Shown: piece after piece, positions 41,769 to 50,839 of the stretch
Layout: each line of letters starts with the position of its first letter
Position numbering within the stretch: the first letter of the stretch is position 1
Assembly (NCBI GenBank): GCA_964490985.1
Contig: CAZBER010000001.1
Span: forward strand, 85,354 to 149,353
Direction: 5' to 3'
Origin: an uncultured Desulfovibrionaceae bacterium
GTDB lineage: Bacteria > Desulfobacterota > Desulfovibrionia > Desulfovibrionales > Desulfovibrionaceae
Length of the DNA stretch: 64,000 nucleotides
The notes under the pieces: generated by a model
Database searches by the model: none
Told to the model about the DNA's origin: nothing
The model's input: the letters and a program-made list of their open reading frames with translations, nothing else
Made by a program: the position numbers and the translations under genes

Positions 41769-44330
41769 ATGCCCTGGATCGACCTGGCCAGCCGGGTGCA
41801 GTCGCGTTTTCTGCCGTTTTCCACCACGCGGCGGATGCGCATCCGCAGCAAGCTCCTGGCCGTGCTCATCCCTTCGGTGGTGGCCATCTTGCTGATCACG
41901 GGCTACTTCACCTATTCGTTCTCGCAACAATTCCTGCAAACGGCCCTGGAACGCATCGGAACCGTGCAAACCCTGGGTGTGGCCGCCGCCCTGGAAGCCT
42001 TTCTGGCAACAGCCAGGCGCGACCTCCTCTTTTATGCCGACCAGGCCGCGGACCCCGAAGCCATGCGCGCCTACCTCAAGCGCACCAATGCCCTGCGCCA
42101 GGCCCCCTACCGGGAATTCGGCTACCTGGACCTGGAAGGACACGACCATGTCTACTTGATCACGGACCAGCACCGGCTCCTGCGCCTTTCCGCCGGGGAC
42201 ATCGACGACGTTCGGCCGAGCCCTTTCCAGCTCCTGGACCAGGGCCGGGGGCTCAAGGCCGGGGAGGTCCGCATCGGTCCCATCACGCGCCTGGACTACC
42301 ATTACGACGCCGACCCGGCGAAGGAACACATCGTCTCCACCGAGGTGCTGCGCCTGATCACGCCCCGGATGGGGCCCTCGGGCAAGATCCTGGGCATCTA
42401 CGTGCTCAGCATCGGCGCCCGGGACCTGCGCAACATCCTGTCGCTCTACAACTCGGACCAATCCCCCCTCCACGGATTCAAGCGCAGCCCCGAGGTCCGT
42501 TACGGCTTTCTGTTCGACACCGAAGGCTGGGTGCTCTTCCAGTCCGAGGATCTGGACAAGCCCCTTCGGGAGCTCACCACCTACCTGGCCCGGGCCGGCT
42601 ATTCCGGCACCCTGGGCCGCCGGGGCATGGAATCGGCCTTCCGGCCGGAATCCGGCCACAAGAACTATTGGAAAATGGTGGAGGAAGTGCGCGAGGGCAG
42701 GAGCGGCATCATCAACAAGGCCGACACCGCCCAGCAGGAAGTGGGGGATTACAAGGCCTTTTACATGCCCTACGCGCCGGTGCGCTTCCAGGTCGCCGAG
42801 GACGCCCCGCCCGTGGTCGTGGCCGGGGTGGCCTGCATGGACAAGAGCCAGATGACGCTTCGGGCCGGCTACAAGCAGATCGACGTGATCTTCATCATAA
42901 CCATGGCCACCATTTGCGTTGTTTCCGGCATCATCTACCTCCTGTCCCGCACCATCACCCGCCCTATCATCGAACTCTCCCGCCAGGTCACTCGCATCGA
43001 AACCTCCGGCGAACTCGCAGGCATCTCCCTGCCCGACCATGACTACGAAACCAGCCTGCTCAAAAACGCGCTCAACCGCATGATCGAAGCCATCAAGCAG
43101 CAGATGGCGGAGATACGGGCCCGGGACCGCAAACTCGAACACACGCGCATGCGGGAGCAGGCCAGCCTGGAGCCGGCGGCTGGGGGGAGCGCAGCCAGCG
43201 GCCCCTTTCCCGAGATCAAGGGGGCCGGCCCCCTGGTGGATCGCCTCAAGGCCGACCTGGCCAAGGCCGCCCAGGTGGAGGCCGATGTCTTGATCACCGG
43301 CGAAACCGGCACGGGAAAGCAGCTCGCCGCCGAGGCCATCCACCGCTCCAGCCGCCGCTTCGGCCATCCCTTCATTTCCATCAATTGCGGGGCGCTGGAT
43401 GAAAACCTGCTGCTGGACACCCTCTTCGGGCACGTCAAGGGGGCGTTCACCGAGGCCAAGGCCGACCGCAAGGGGGCATTCGTGGAAGCAGAGGGCGGCA
43501 TCCTCTTTCTGGACGAGATCCAGACCGCCACGCCCAAGGTCCAGCAGGCGCTGCTGCGGGCCATTGCCATGCGCCGGGTGCGCCCCTTGGGCAGCGATCG
43601 GGAAATCGCCGTGGATGTGCGGCTCATTGCCGCCACCAACGTGGACTTGCGGGAATTTATCGAGGCCGGGCGCTTTCGCGAAGACCTTTACTTCCGCCTC
43701 AAGGTCATCTCCATAACCACTCCGCCCCTGCGGCTGCACAAGGAAAGCATCTCCATCCTGGTGCGCCATTTCCTCAAGCAGGCCGGAGCCAGCGTGGACA
43801 AGCCGGGCCTGGGCCTTTCCCGGGGCGCCCTGGCCAAGCTTTCCGCCTACAACTGGCCGGGCAACACCCGGGAACTCAAGCACTGTATCCTGCGGGCCGC
43901 GGTGATGTCCGAGCAGAGCATCATCCAGGACGCCGACATCCTCCTGGACGGCGAAATCGGCCTGTGGCAGGGCGACGCCCTGGAGCCGGACCCGGCCGCG
44001 CCGCTCTCCGAGCCTTATACGGACCCGCCGACCCGGCCTCCCCACGGGGGAGCGGCCCCTCCCCGGCCAGGCCCAACCCTCAATCCGCGCCAAGCCAGGG
44101 CCTTGCCGGCCATCGTCAGGGAAGGGTCGGTCACCCGGGGCCGCTATCAGGAACTGGTGGGCAACCTCCCCCAGCGAACGGCCGCACACGACCTCAGGGA
44201 CATGGTGGAGAAAGGGTTGCTGGCGCGCCTCGGCAGCGGGCCGGCCACCCGCTACGAACCCACGGCCCACGGAATTTCGGCCGCGGGCCTGGGTCCGTCT
44301 GGGGAGGACGCCCAAAAGAGTCGTTTTTGA
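41769..44330 (+). CDS. Membrane-bound one-component sigma54 activator: periplasmic sensor domain, HAMP, AAA+ core, winged-helix-like C-terminus
   Basis: TM1 is LLAVLIPSVVAILLITGYF. A ~330-aa extracytoplasmic region follows, then TM2 VIFIITMATICVVSGIIYLL and a HAMP-like segment. The AAA+ core has VLITGETGTGKQLAAEAIH and GAFTEA, a variant of GAFTGA. ATG at 41769; the ORF track starts at TTG 41739. Confidence 0.8.
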   Translation: MPWIDLASRVQSRFLPFSTTRRMRIRSKLLAVLIPSVVAILLITGYFTYSFSQQFLQTALERIGTVQTLGVAAALEAFLATARRDLLFYADQAADPEAMRAYLKRTNALRQAPYREFGYLDLEGHDHVYLITDQHRLLRLSAGDIDDVRPSPFQLLDQGRGLKAGEVRIGPITRLDYHYDADPAKEHIVSTEVLRLITPRMGPSGKILGIYVLSIGARDLRNILSLYNSDQSPLHGFKRSPEVRYGFLFDTEGWVLFQSEDLDKPLRELTTYLARAGYSGTLGRRGMESAFRPESGHKNYWKMVEEVREGRSGIINKADTAQQEVGDYKAFYMPYAPVRFQVAEDAPPVVVAGVACMDKSQMTLRAGYKQIDVIFIITMATICVVSGIIYLLSRTITRPIIELSRQVTRIETSGELAGISLPDHDYETSLLKNALNRMIEAIKQQMAEIRARDRKLEHTRMREQASLEPAAGGSAASGPFPEIKGAGPLVDRLKADLAKAAQVEADVLITGETGTGKQLAAEAIHRSSRRFGHPFISINCGALDENLLLDTLFGHVKGAFTEAKADRKGAFVEAEGGILFLDEIQTATPKVQQALLRAIAMRRVRPLGSDREIAVDVRLIAATNVDLREFIEAGRFREDLYFRLKVISITTPPLRLHKESISILVRHFLKQAGASVDKPGLGLSRGALAKLSAYNWPGNTRELKHCILRAAVMSEQSIIQDADILLDGEIGLWQGDALEPDPAAPLSEPYTDPPTRPPHGGAAPPRPGPTLNPRQARALPAIVREGSVTRGRYQELVGNLPQRTAAHDLRDMVEKGLLARLGSGPATRYEPTAHGISAAGLGPSGEDAQKSRF

Positions 44331-44379
44331 GGCCTTCGGCGACCAAAGGGCTTTGCCCTTTGGAAACTCATAATGGATT
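44314..44379 (-). repeat. Intergenic repeat family, copy 3 (inverted orientation)
   Basis: The rc reads aatccattatgagtttccaaagggcaaagccctttggtcgccgaaggcctcaaaaacgactctttt. It overlaps the last codons and the TGA of the activator gene. Confidence 0.85.
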
Positions 44380-44580
44380 GAGGGTATTACGATGTAGCGG
44401 CCATGGTCGCGTTATGTTTGATTGAGGAAAGGCCCGGCCTGGGGGTGGCCCGCCGGCTGCCGGCTACGGCCTGGGCTCGGGCTTCCGGGCCTTCCGGACG
44501 CCCGGGCCAGGGCGCCAACGCCAAGACGCCGCCCAGCCAAAGGCCGGGCGGCGTCTTTCATACTCTTTCCCTGCTTTCGC

Positions 44581-46086
44581 CTAGAAGTACTGCTGGATGC
44601 CCATGGGGTCCTTGAATTCGATCTCGGGCTGCTCGCCGAGCTTCTTCTCGCCCCGGCCTTGCAGGTACTTGGCCAGCTCCAGGTCCACCCGAAGCGGCAC
44701 CTCCACCCCGGCCTTGGTCAGGGCCTGGCGCAGGAACGCCTCGGCCTTGACGGCAAAGGCAATGGAATCGCCCAGCACGCGCAGGGCTTCGGTGGGGTTG
44801 TGGAAGCCCACGGAGTTTTCCGCGCCGATAAAAAGGGACCGGTAGAAGGCCTGCTCGTAAAAGTCCTTGGCCTTGTCGTAGAACTCCTTGTCAATGGTCT
44901 TGCCCGCGGCCTGGGCCTTGTGCACGGCCTCGAAGAGCTTGGCCGTGGTGGCCGTGGCGTAGCCGGCCCGCAACTGGATGGACACGGTGCGGTCCTGGAT
45001 GGCGATGACCTGCTGCTTGAGCCAGTCCGCGGTCTCGGTATGGCACTGCATGCAGGCCTTCATGTCGTTTTTGATCGGACTCATGACCCGGTGGTCCGAG
45101 ACCTTGTGGATGCCGATCTTGGTGTAGGGCATGTGGCAGTCGGCGCAGGCCGCCCCGGCCTTCCAGTGCACGCTGTTGTTGGAGAACAGCTCGAATTCCG
45201 GGTGCCGGATGAAGGCCAGCTTGAAGCCGGTCACGGTCTGGGTCCATTCCTTGAATGCATCGTCGCTGCGCAGCTTATCGATGATGTTCTCAATGGAAAT
45301 GCCGCCCCACTTGCTGTTTTGCCAGGGGAAAAACAGGCCCACGGACTGCATCTGGGCATTTTTCGGAATGCTGTAGGTCACGTGGCACTGGGCGCAGATC
45401 ACGGAGCGCATTTCCTGGCGGGGAAGGTTGCGCCAGTCCACACCCATGGATTGCAGGGCCGGCACCAGGGTGAAGTCCCGGGAGACCTTGAGCGTCATGT
45501 CCTTGTTGTCGTGGCAGTCGATGCAGGCCACGCCCAGGGTCTTGAACTGCTCCGGTATCTTGCCCAGGACTTCCTTGAAGGACAGCTTGTAGTAGTCCTC
45601 GCCCATTTCCCGGCGAAGCCCCGGGGCATAGGGCGTTTTGCAGCTCAAGCACACGCCGCCGGCCTTGAGCCGGGAGGCGTCGATCTCCAGCTGGTCGCGC
45701 AGCATGTTGGCGTGGCCCCTGGGCTCGTTGTATTCCACCCCGAAGCCCCAGCCGTTGAAAAGCAGGGCCATGTAGGGGTATTCGGCCAGCTTGTCGTAGG
45801 AGATGTGGTCCGCGTCAAAGCCGCGCTTGTACTTGCTCTTGCCGGCCGGCTCGGGCTGTTCGGTCTTTTTCCACAACTCGTATTCCTCGGGATAGGCCTT
45901 GCCCCACACCGTGGGGTCGATTTCGCCGTCGGGAATGATCACGGTCTTGACCGGTTCGGGTTTGGGCGGCGAACAGGCGTAGGGAACAAACAAAAAGGCG
46001 GACAGGGTCACGATCAAGACGGCATTGGCCACGGTTTTGCCCCGCATGGTCATCCCTCTCTTGGCGGCAAGCGGTTGCCGGTTCAT
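44581..46086 (-). CDS. nrfA: Pentaheme cytochrome c nitrite reductase catalytic subunit NrfA
   Basis: Heme motifs are CLSCK (the CxxCK active-site heme), CIDCH, CAQCH, CADCH and CMQCH. Confidence 0.9.
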   Translation of the reverse strand: MNRQPLAAKRGMTMRGKTVANAVLIVTLSAFLFVPYACSPPKPEPVKTVIIPDGEIDPTVWGKAYPEEYELWKKTEQPEPAGKSKYKRGFDADHISYDKLAEYPYMALLFNGWGFGVEYNEPRGHANMLRDQLEIDASRLKAGGVCLSCKTPYAPGLRREMGEDYYKLSFKEVLGKIPEQFKTLGVACIDCHDNKDMTLKVSRDFTLVPALQSMGVDWRNLPRQEMRSVICAQCHVTYSIPKNAQMQSVGLFFPWQNSKWGGISIENIIDKLRSDDAFKEWTQTVTGFKLAFIRHPEFELFSNNSVHWKAGAACADCHMPYTKIGIHKVSDHRVMSPIKNDMKACMQCHTETADWLKQQVIAIQDRTVSIQLRAGYATATTAKLFEAVHKAQAAGKTIDKEFYDKAKDFYEQAFYRSLFIGAENSVGFHNPTEALRVLGDSIAFAVKAEAFLRQALTKAGVEVPLRVDLELAKYLQGRGEKKLGEQPEIEFKDPMGIQQYF

Positions 46087-46544
46087 CGCGTTTCCAGGGC
46101 GCCGGTACGCTTGTGGGCGATCCGGCGGTGGCAGTCCCAGCAGGTACGCTGCGTGTCGATCATTTCCACGGCGGTTTCATGACACCGCACGCAGTTGGCC
46201 TGCACCACTTCGCGCCCGTGTTCGGACAGCCGGATGTCGTCCGGAACACGGCCGGAATGGAACACCACCACATCCTTCATGCCGTCGATGGACTTCCAGA
46301 CATAGTGGGCCACCGGGTTTTCGCCCGGCAGATGGCAGTCCACGCAGTTTTTCCGGCGATGGGCCCCCTGGTGGAACCAGGCCTCGTACTCGGCCTCCAT
46401 GACGTGGCAGGAGGCGCAAAAAGCCGGGGTTTCGGACTTGGCCAGAAGCTGCGGCGGTCCGAGGGCCAGGAAAAGCCCGACCCCGACGGCGACAAGGCCC
46501 GCAACGACGAGGAGCTTGAATCTCCCGCGTCTGGTATGGACCAT
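46083..46544 (-). CDS. nrfH: Tetraheme NapC/NirT-family quinol dehydrogenase NrfH
   Basis: ATG at 46544. An N-terminal TM is followed by CASCH, CVDCH, CVRCH and CWDCH. ATGA overlap with nrfA. Confidence 0.9.
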   Translation of the reverse strand: MVHTRRGRFKLLVVAGLVAVGVGLFLALGPPQLLAKSETPAFCASCHVMEAEYEAWFHQGAHRRKNCVDCHLPGENPVAHYVWKSIDGMKDVVVFHSGRVPDDIRLSEHGREVVQANCVRCHETAVEMIDTQRTCWDCHRRIAHKRTGALETR

Positions 46545-46894
46545 GACCCCCTCCCCTTGTTTGGTTTTATGCGTTTTGCATAACCCAAGAGGCTGTCCAG
46601 GGCAATCCCGGGGAGCCCAAAACAGCGTCACTGCAGACGCCGTGGACTCAAGGCCGGGGGAAAAGACTTTACAATATTGTCTGGCGCTTTGCGAACGGGA
46701 AAAACAACTGGGCGGAGCACGGTTCACGTGCCCCGCCCAGGATGCATTGGGCTTGAAATTGACAAGAAGGGGAAGAGCGGATCGCGGACGTCCTTCAAAA
46801 ACAGGGGGATGCTTTTGAAGAAAAAATCAATGCGCGTTTTGCAACAATCAGGCGTAGCGTGAAACAGCAAGGGATGCCGCTTTGTAACACCTTC

Positions 46895-46960
46895 AAACCA
46901 TTACGGGTTTCCAAAGGACAACGCCCTTTGGTCGCCGAAGGCTTCCAACACGACTCTCTT
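46895..46960 (+). repeat. Intergenic repeat family, copy 4
   Basis: aaaccattacgggtttccaaaggacaacgccctttggtcgccgaaggcttccaacacgactctctt. Confidence 0.8.
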
Positions 46961-46981
46961 AGCAAGAACCTCATGGTTTAC

Positions 46982-47359
46982 CTAGCCAGGCCCCTGGCGG
47001 CCGCGCAGGCGGGCCATGAGGGTCTCGGCCAGCCACAGGCCCACAAACACGCCCAGGGCGTTGGCCACGGCGTCGAGCATGCTGGCCGTGCGCCCGGGCA
47101 CAAAGGACTGCCCCCACTCCAAAAGCCCGCCCAGGGGAATCATGCAGTAGGCGGCGGCCCTTGCCCGGTTGCCGCTGGCGAACGCCCACAGGGGCAGGCC
47201 GCCGAGCCAGGCATAGGCGGCCATATGGTAGAGCTTGTCCGCGTTCCAGAAGTCCACGGGCAGCTCCAGCCGGGGCAGCAGGGACACGTAAACCGTAGCC
47301 GCCACCGAGGCCAGCCACAGGGTCAAAAATGCCCGGCGCTTGGTCGTTGCCTGGATCAC
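46982..47359 (-). CDS. VanZ-like family membrane protein
   Basis: 125 aa with four TM segments. DKLYHMAAYAWLG and DAVANALGVFVG are present. GTG start. Confidence 0.7.
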   Translation of the reverse strand: MIQATTKRRAFLTLWLASVAATVYVSLLPRLELPVDFWNADKLYHMAAYAWLGGLPLWAFASGNRARAAAYCMIPLGGLLEWGQSFVPGRTASMLDAVANALGVFVGLWLAETLMARLRGRQGPG

Positions 47360-47362
47360 GGC

Positions 47363-48217
47363 TTAAGCCCCGGCCATCTGGCGCAGGCGGCGGATACGCT
47401 CCTCGGTGGGCGGATGGGTGGAAAAAAGCGAGGCCATGGACATGCCCGCAAAGGGATTCACGATGAACATGTTTTCCGTGGCCGGGTTGGCCTGCATGGG
47501 AATCTGGCGGCTGTAGTCATCAAGCTTGCCCAAGGCTCCGGCCAGGGCCAGGGGCGTGCCGGACAGGCGCGCGCCGGTCTCGTCGGCCAGGTATTCCCGG
47601 GACCGGGAAATGGCCATCTGGATGAGCGTGGCCGCAATGGGGGCCAGGATGGCCATGAGCAGGCCGCCGATGACGCCGCCACCGCCGCCCTCCTCGTCGC
47701 TGCTGCGCCCGCCCCCGAAAATGGCTGTCCACTGGAGCATGTTGGCCAGCATCATGACCGCGCCGCCGAGCACGGCCGCAATGGACTGGATGAGGATGTC
47801 GCGGTTTTTGACGTGCCCCATCTCGTGGGCCAGGACCCCGCGCAACTCCTCGGGAGAGAGCAGGCGCAGGATGCCCTGGGTCACGGCCACCACGGCATGC
47901 TCGGGATTGCGGCCCGTGGCAAAGGCATTGGGGGAATCCTGGGGAATGAGCATGACCCGGGGCTTGGGCAGGCCGGCGTTTCGGGCCAGCTCTTCCACCA
48001 TGGCGTGCAGGCCCGGGGCGTCGGCCGGGGAAAGCTCCTGGGCCCGGTACATGGACAGGACGATCTTGTCGGAAAACCAGTAGCTGCCGATGTTCATGAC
48101 CAGGGCCAGGAAAAAGGCGATGACAAGGCCGCTGCGCCCACCCAGGGCCTGGCCGACGACAAGGATCAGGGCGGTCAAAAGCCCCAGAAGCAGGGCGGTC
48201 TTGATCTGGCTGCTCAT
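47363..48217 (-). CDS. htpX: Zinc metalloprotease HtpX
   Basis: ATG at 48217 after [15 protein letters not shown] is present. N-terminal TMs and a Gly-rich insert are also seen. Confidence 0.9.
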   Translation of the reverse strand: MSSQIKTALLLGLLTALILVVGQALGGRSGLVIAFFLALVMNIGSYWFSDKIVLSMYRAQELSPADAPGLHAMVEELARNAGLPKPRVMLIPQDSPNAFATGRNPEHAVVAVTQGILRLLSPEELRGVLAHEMGHVKNRDILIQSIAAVLGGAVMMLANMLQWTAIFGGGRSSDEEGGGGGVIGGLLMAILAPIAATLIQMAISRSREYLADETGARLSGTPLALAGALGKLDDYSRQIPMQANPATENMFIVNPFAGMSMASLFSTHPPTEERIRRLRQMAGA

Positions 48218-48787
48218 GCTGCGTCGTTCCTCCCGATTACGGTCCTCAATAAGCAAAGACCCCGCCCGGTCCTTATGGGGGGCCAGGCGAGGTCGGTTGT
48301 GCATTCGTTTCTGCGTTGCCGCGGTACGCTTCCGTAACGCCCTTGCGGGCCTCGCGCCGGCTTGTTCCGGCCCTTGCGGCCGGGCCGCGCCCGAAGGTCA
48401 GGCGATCGGGCAAGTCCTTTCGCCTTGTGGGTCCCGGGGAGAACCCCCGGGGCCGCGGCTTGGCGGCGACTCGATTCGCCGGTTATGCAATACTGTCCTC
48501 AAGTTGGCGAGAAAACCTCCCGCACGAAAATCCTTGGTGCGTTGCCAGAAAACCAGGTCCTTTACCCTCGTCTCTCTGCGTCGGCTTTGTCCGGCCGCCT
48601 GGGCCGGGGCCGATCCCGCGTCATCCGGCAAGGGTTGCGTACCCCTTGCCACTAAGCCCGCCAGTCTGTGCTACCGGGCCTTGCGTCGCGGCGACTCCAT
48701 TCGCCGGGTATGGGAGATGAGGTTCGTGGCGGCGCATCCTCCTGCTCGGGTTCACCCGCGTTTTGCGGGCTGCCGTTGATTGTAGAT

Positions 48788-50707
48788 TTAATACTTCCGG
48801 TCCCGATGTAAAGCGAAATCTGCGCAAATTTTGACCCGGGGATCGGCCGCAAAAAGGCTGACGGCCTGTCCGTCCGCGCCAACAAGCTCCCGGGACAGGA
48901 AAACCGCAGCCACCTGTCGGCCCGGCCCCCCGGGCGCGTCCAGAAAAAGGCGCGTGCCCTGGGCCCGGCCGGACACCTCCTGCCGCCTTCCCGAATCCCA
49001 TTCGATGGCCGCCGCTGCCGCGCCCTGGGCCAGGGGCCTGGAAAAATGCACCACCGGCCCCGCCTCTCCCCAGGACAGGGCCACAGGGCGCGGCCCTTCA
49101 TCGTACCCCACAGCCGCATCCTCGGGCGGGCAAAAGACAAAGGGCGGCGCCGGCGGGGGCGCGCCGTGGGGCTGGCGGGCCCCGATCACGGCTGTGGCAT
49201 CGGAGCGCCAGTCATAGTCCCCGGGCCAGTCCAGGCCAGCCCGAAGGCTTAAGGGCGCGGCAGCCGGCGTCTCTCCGACCAGGCCCGCCAGGCGCAGGTC
49301 GCCGGCAAAGGGGTCCGCGAACCGGGCTCCGGGATCGAAACGGCCCCGGGTCTCGAATCCGGCCGGGCCAAAGGCCTCGGGAAAGGGCCGGTTGGTCAGG
49401 TCATTGTCGAAAAAAAGCCCGTCCGCCTTGGGATCGTCCAAAAAATGCGGCGCGGCCACGAAGCTCGGCCCGGGCGCGTCCGGCCCCACGCAGCCGAAAC
49501 GCTCGGGATCGGCCGTGGGCGGGAACACGCCGCAGGGCTGGGGGCAGCTTTCCGGGAACGGGCAGGGCGCATCGGGCTCGAAGCCGGCCAGGTCCCGGGG
49601 CGCGCAAAAAAGGACCACATTGTTCTGGTGGGTGAAATGCCGGGTGCGGCCTTCCTTGATCAAGTTGCTGCGCAGAAAAAAGCTGTTGTGGGCGGCCAGC
49701 ACCGTACGCTCGGGCCTGGCTCCCGTGTCGTCGAACTTGTAGACCGTGCCGCCGGTGTTGTCTCCCTCGGGCTGGCCCGGCCGGTCGTTGAACCAGCCCT
49801 GGTTGCCGCAAAAATACCAGAACCCGCCTCCCACCTCGTCCAGGGAGAACCAGGCATGGGCATTGGCAATGGTGTTTTCCCGCACATGCCAGTTGACGGC
49901 CGTGCGTTCGGGCTCCACGGGATTGTCGCGCAAATTGTGGAACCGGTTGCGGTAGATTTCCACGTTGTGGTTGAGCCGCTTGGCCTTGGCCGCGTCGGCC
50001 TTGAGGCGAAAGCCGTTGAAGGCGTGGCACAGGATGTTGTTCCGGGCCACCACGCTGCCCGAGATGTCCACGGACCCGAACAGGCCGCCGTTGTAGAAAT
50101 AATACCCGTCCCCGTCCTCCTGCTTGACGGCCTCCCAGGCAATGTCCCGCCACACCGCCCCGGACGGGTCCTGCCGCCAGTGGTTGTTCTCGAGCAGAAT
50201 GTGATGGCTGGCCTCGCCCCGGGCAAAGACCAGGTAACGGCCGTCCCGGGCCATGAGGTTGCGCACGGTCACGTAGGAGCTGTCCTGCAAAAACAGAAAC
50301 GACGGCCAGCAGGCTTCCACGGCCAGGTCCTCGAACACGATCCATTGGCAGGAAAAGAGCTTGAAAAAGGCGAAGTGCGAAGCCTCGGGCAGCCGGGCCA
50401 GGGCGATCTCGGCCTTGCCCTCGCCGTACAGGGGAGTGGCCAACCCCAGGCCCCGGATAACCAGTGGCGACTCGGACGTTCCCCGGATGCCGTCCAGGAC
50501 AATGGATATGGGCCGCACCACGCACGGATCCAGGGGATCGGGGTCGGTCGGGGTCCAGTAGGCCCCGGGCAGAAGCTGCACCGTATCCCCGGGGCGGGCC
50601 GCGGCCACGGCCTTTTGCAGCGGCAGCGTGTCCACGGCCTGTCCGTCCACGAACCGTCTGTCGCCTCGGTAGGTGGCGTAAATGACGCGTCCGGCCTGGG
50701 CTTGCAT
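48788..50707 (-). CDS. Right-handed parallel beta-helix repeat protein (pectate-lyase-fold)
   Basis: ATG at 50707 after AGGAGG. Repeated NN-type turns are present (ENNHWRQD, ARNNILCHAFNGFRL, NVEIYRNRFHNL, RENTIANAH). No obvious signal peptide. Confidence 0.65.
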   Translation of the reverse strand: MQAQAGRVIYATYRGDRRFVDGQAVDTLPLQKAVAAARPGDTVQLLPGAYWTPTDPDPLDPCVVRPISIVLDGIRGTSESPLVIRGLGLATPLYGEGKAEIALARLPEASHFAFFKLFSCQWIVFEDLAVEACWPSFLFLQDSSYVTVRNLMARDGRYLVFARGEASHHILLENNHWRQDPSGAVWRDIAWEAVKQEDGDGYYFYNGGLFGSVDISGSVVARNNILCHAFNGFRLKADAAKAKRLNHNVEIYRNRFHNLRDNPVEPERTAVNWHVRENTIANAHAWFSLDEVGGGFWYFCGNQGWFNDRPGQPEGDNTGGTVYKFDDTGARPERTVLAAHNSFFLRSNLIKEGRTRHFTHQNNVVLFCAPRDLAGFEPDAPCPFPESCPQPCGVFPPTADPERFGCVGPDAPGPSFVAAPHFLDDPKADGLFFDNDLTNRPFPEAFGPAGFETRGRFDPGARFADPFAGDLRLAGLVGETPAAAPLSLRAGLDWPGDYDWRSDATAVIGARQPHGAPPPAPPFVFCPPEDAAVGYDEGPRPVALSWGEAGPVVHFSRPLAQGAAAAAIEWDSGRRQEVSGRAQGTRLFLDAPGGPGRQVAAVFLSRELVGADGQAVSLFAADPRVKICADFALHRDRKY

Positions 50708-50839
50708 ACCTTCCTCCTGTGTTTCCTCCTCAGTGTATCGGGCTTTTTTTATTTGGCAATCTCCTCCGGGGCAGGTGCGCCGTTTACCCGGACCACGGCA
50801 TCTGCTAGGCATACGGCATCGTTTACGGAGGATGCGGCC

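Noticed and set aside
41133-44315. 1060-aa minus-strand ORF
   Set aside because: It is antisense to the well-supported sigma54 activator and has low-complexity G/R/P/H composition.
48218-48787. tmRNA or RNase P RNA in the structured spacer
   Set aside because: I looked on both strands for a tmRNA-like 5' end with a tRNA-like 3' end and CCA, and for the RNase P GAGGAAAGUCC and ACAGAA boxes. None were present. It is kept only as an unexplained structured region.
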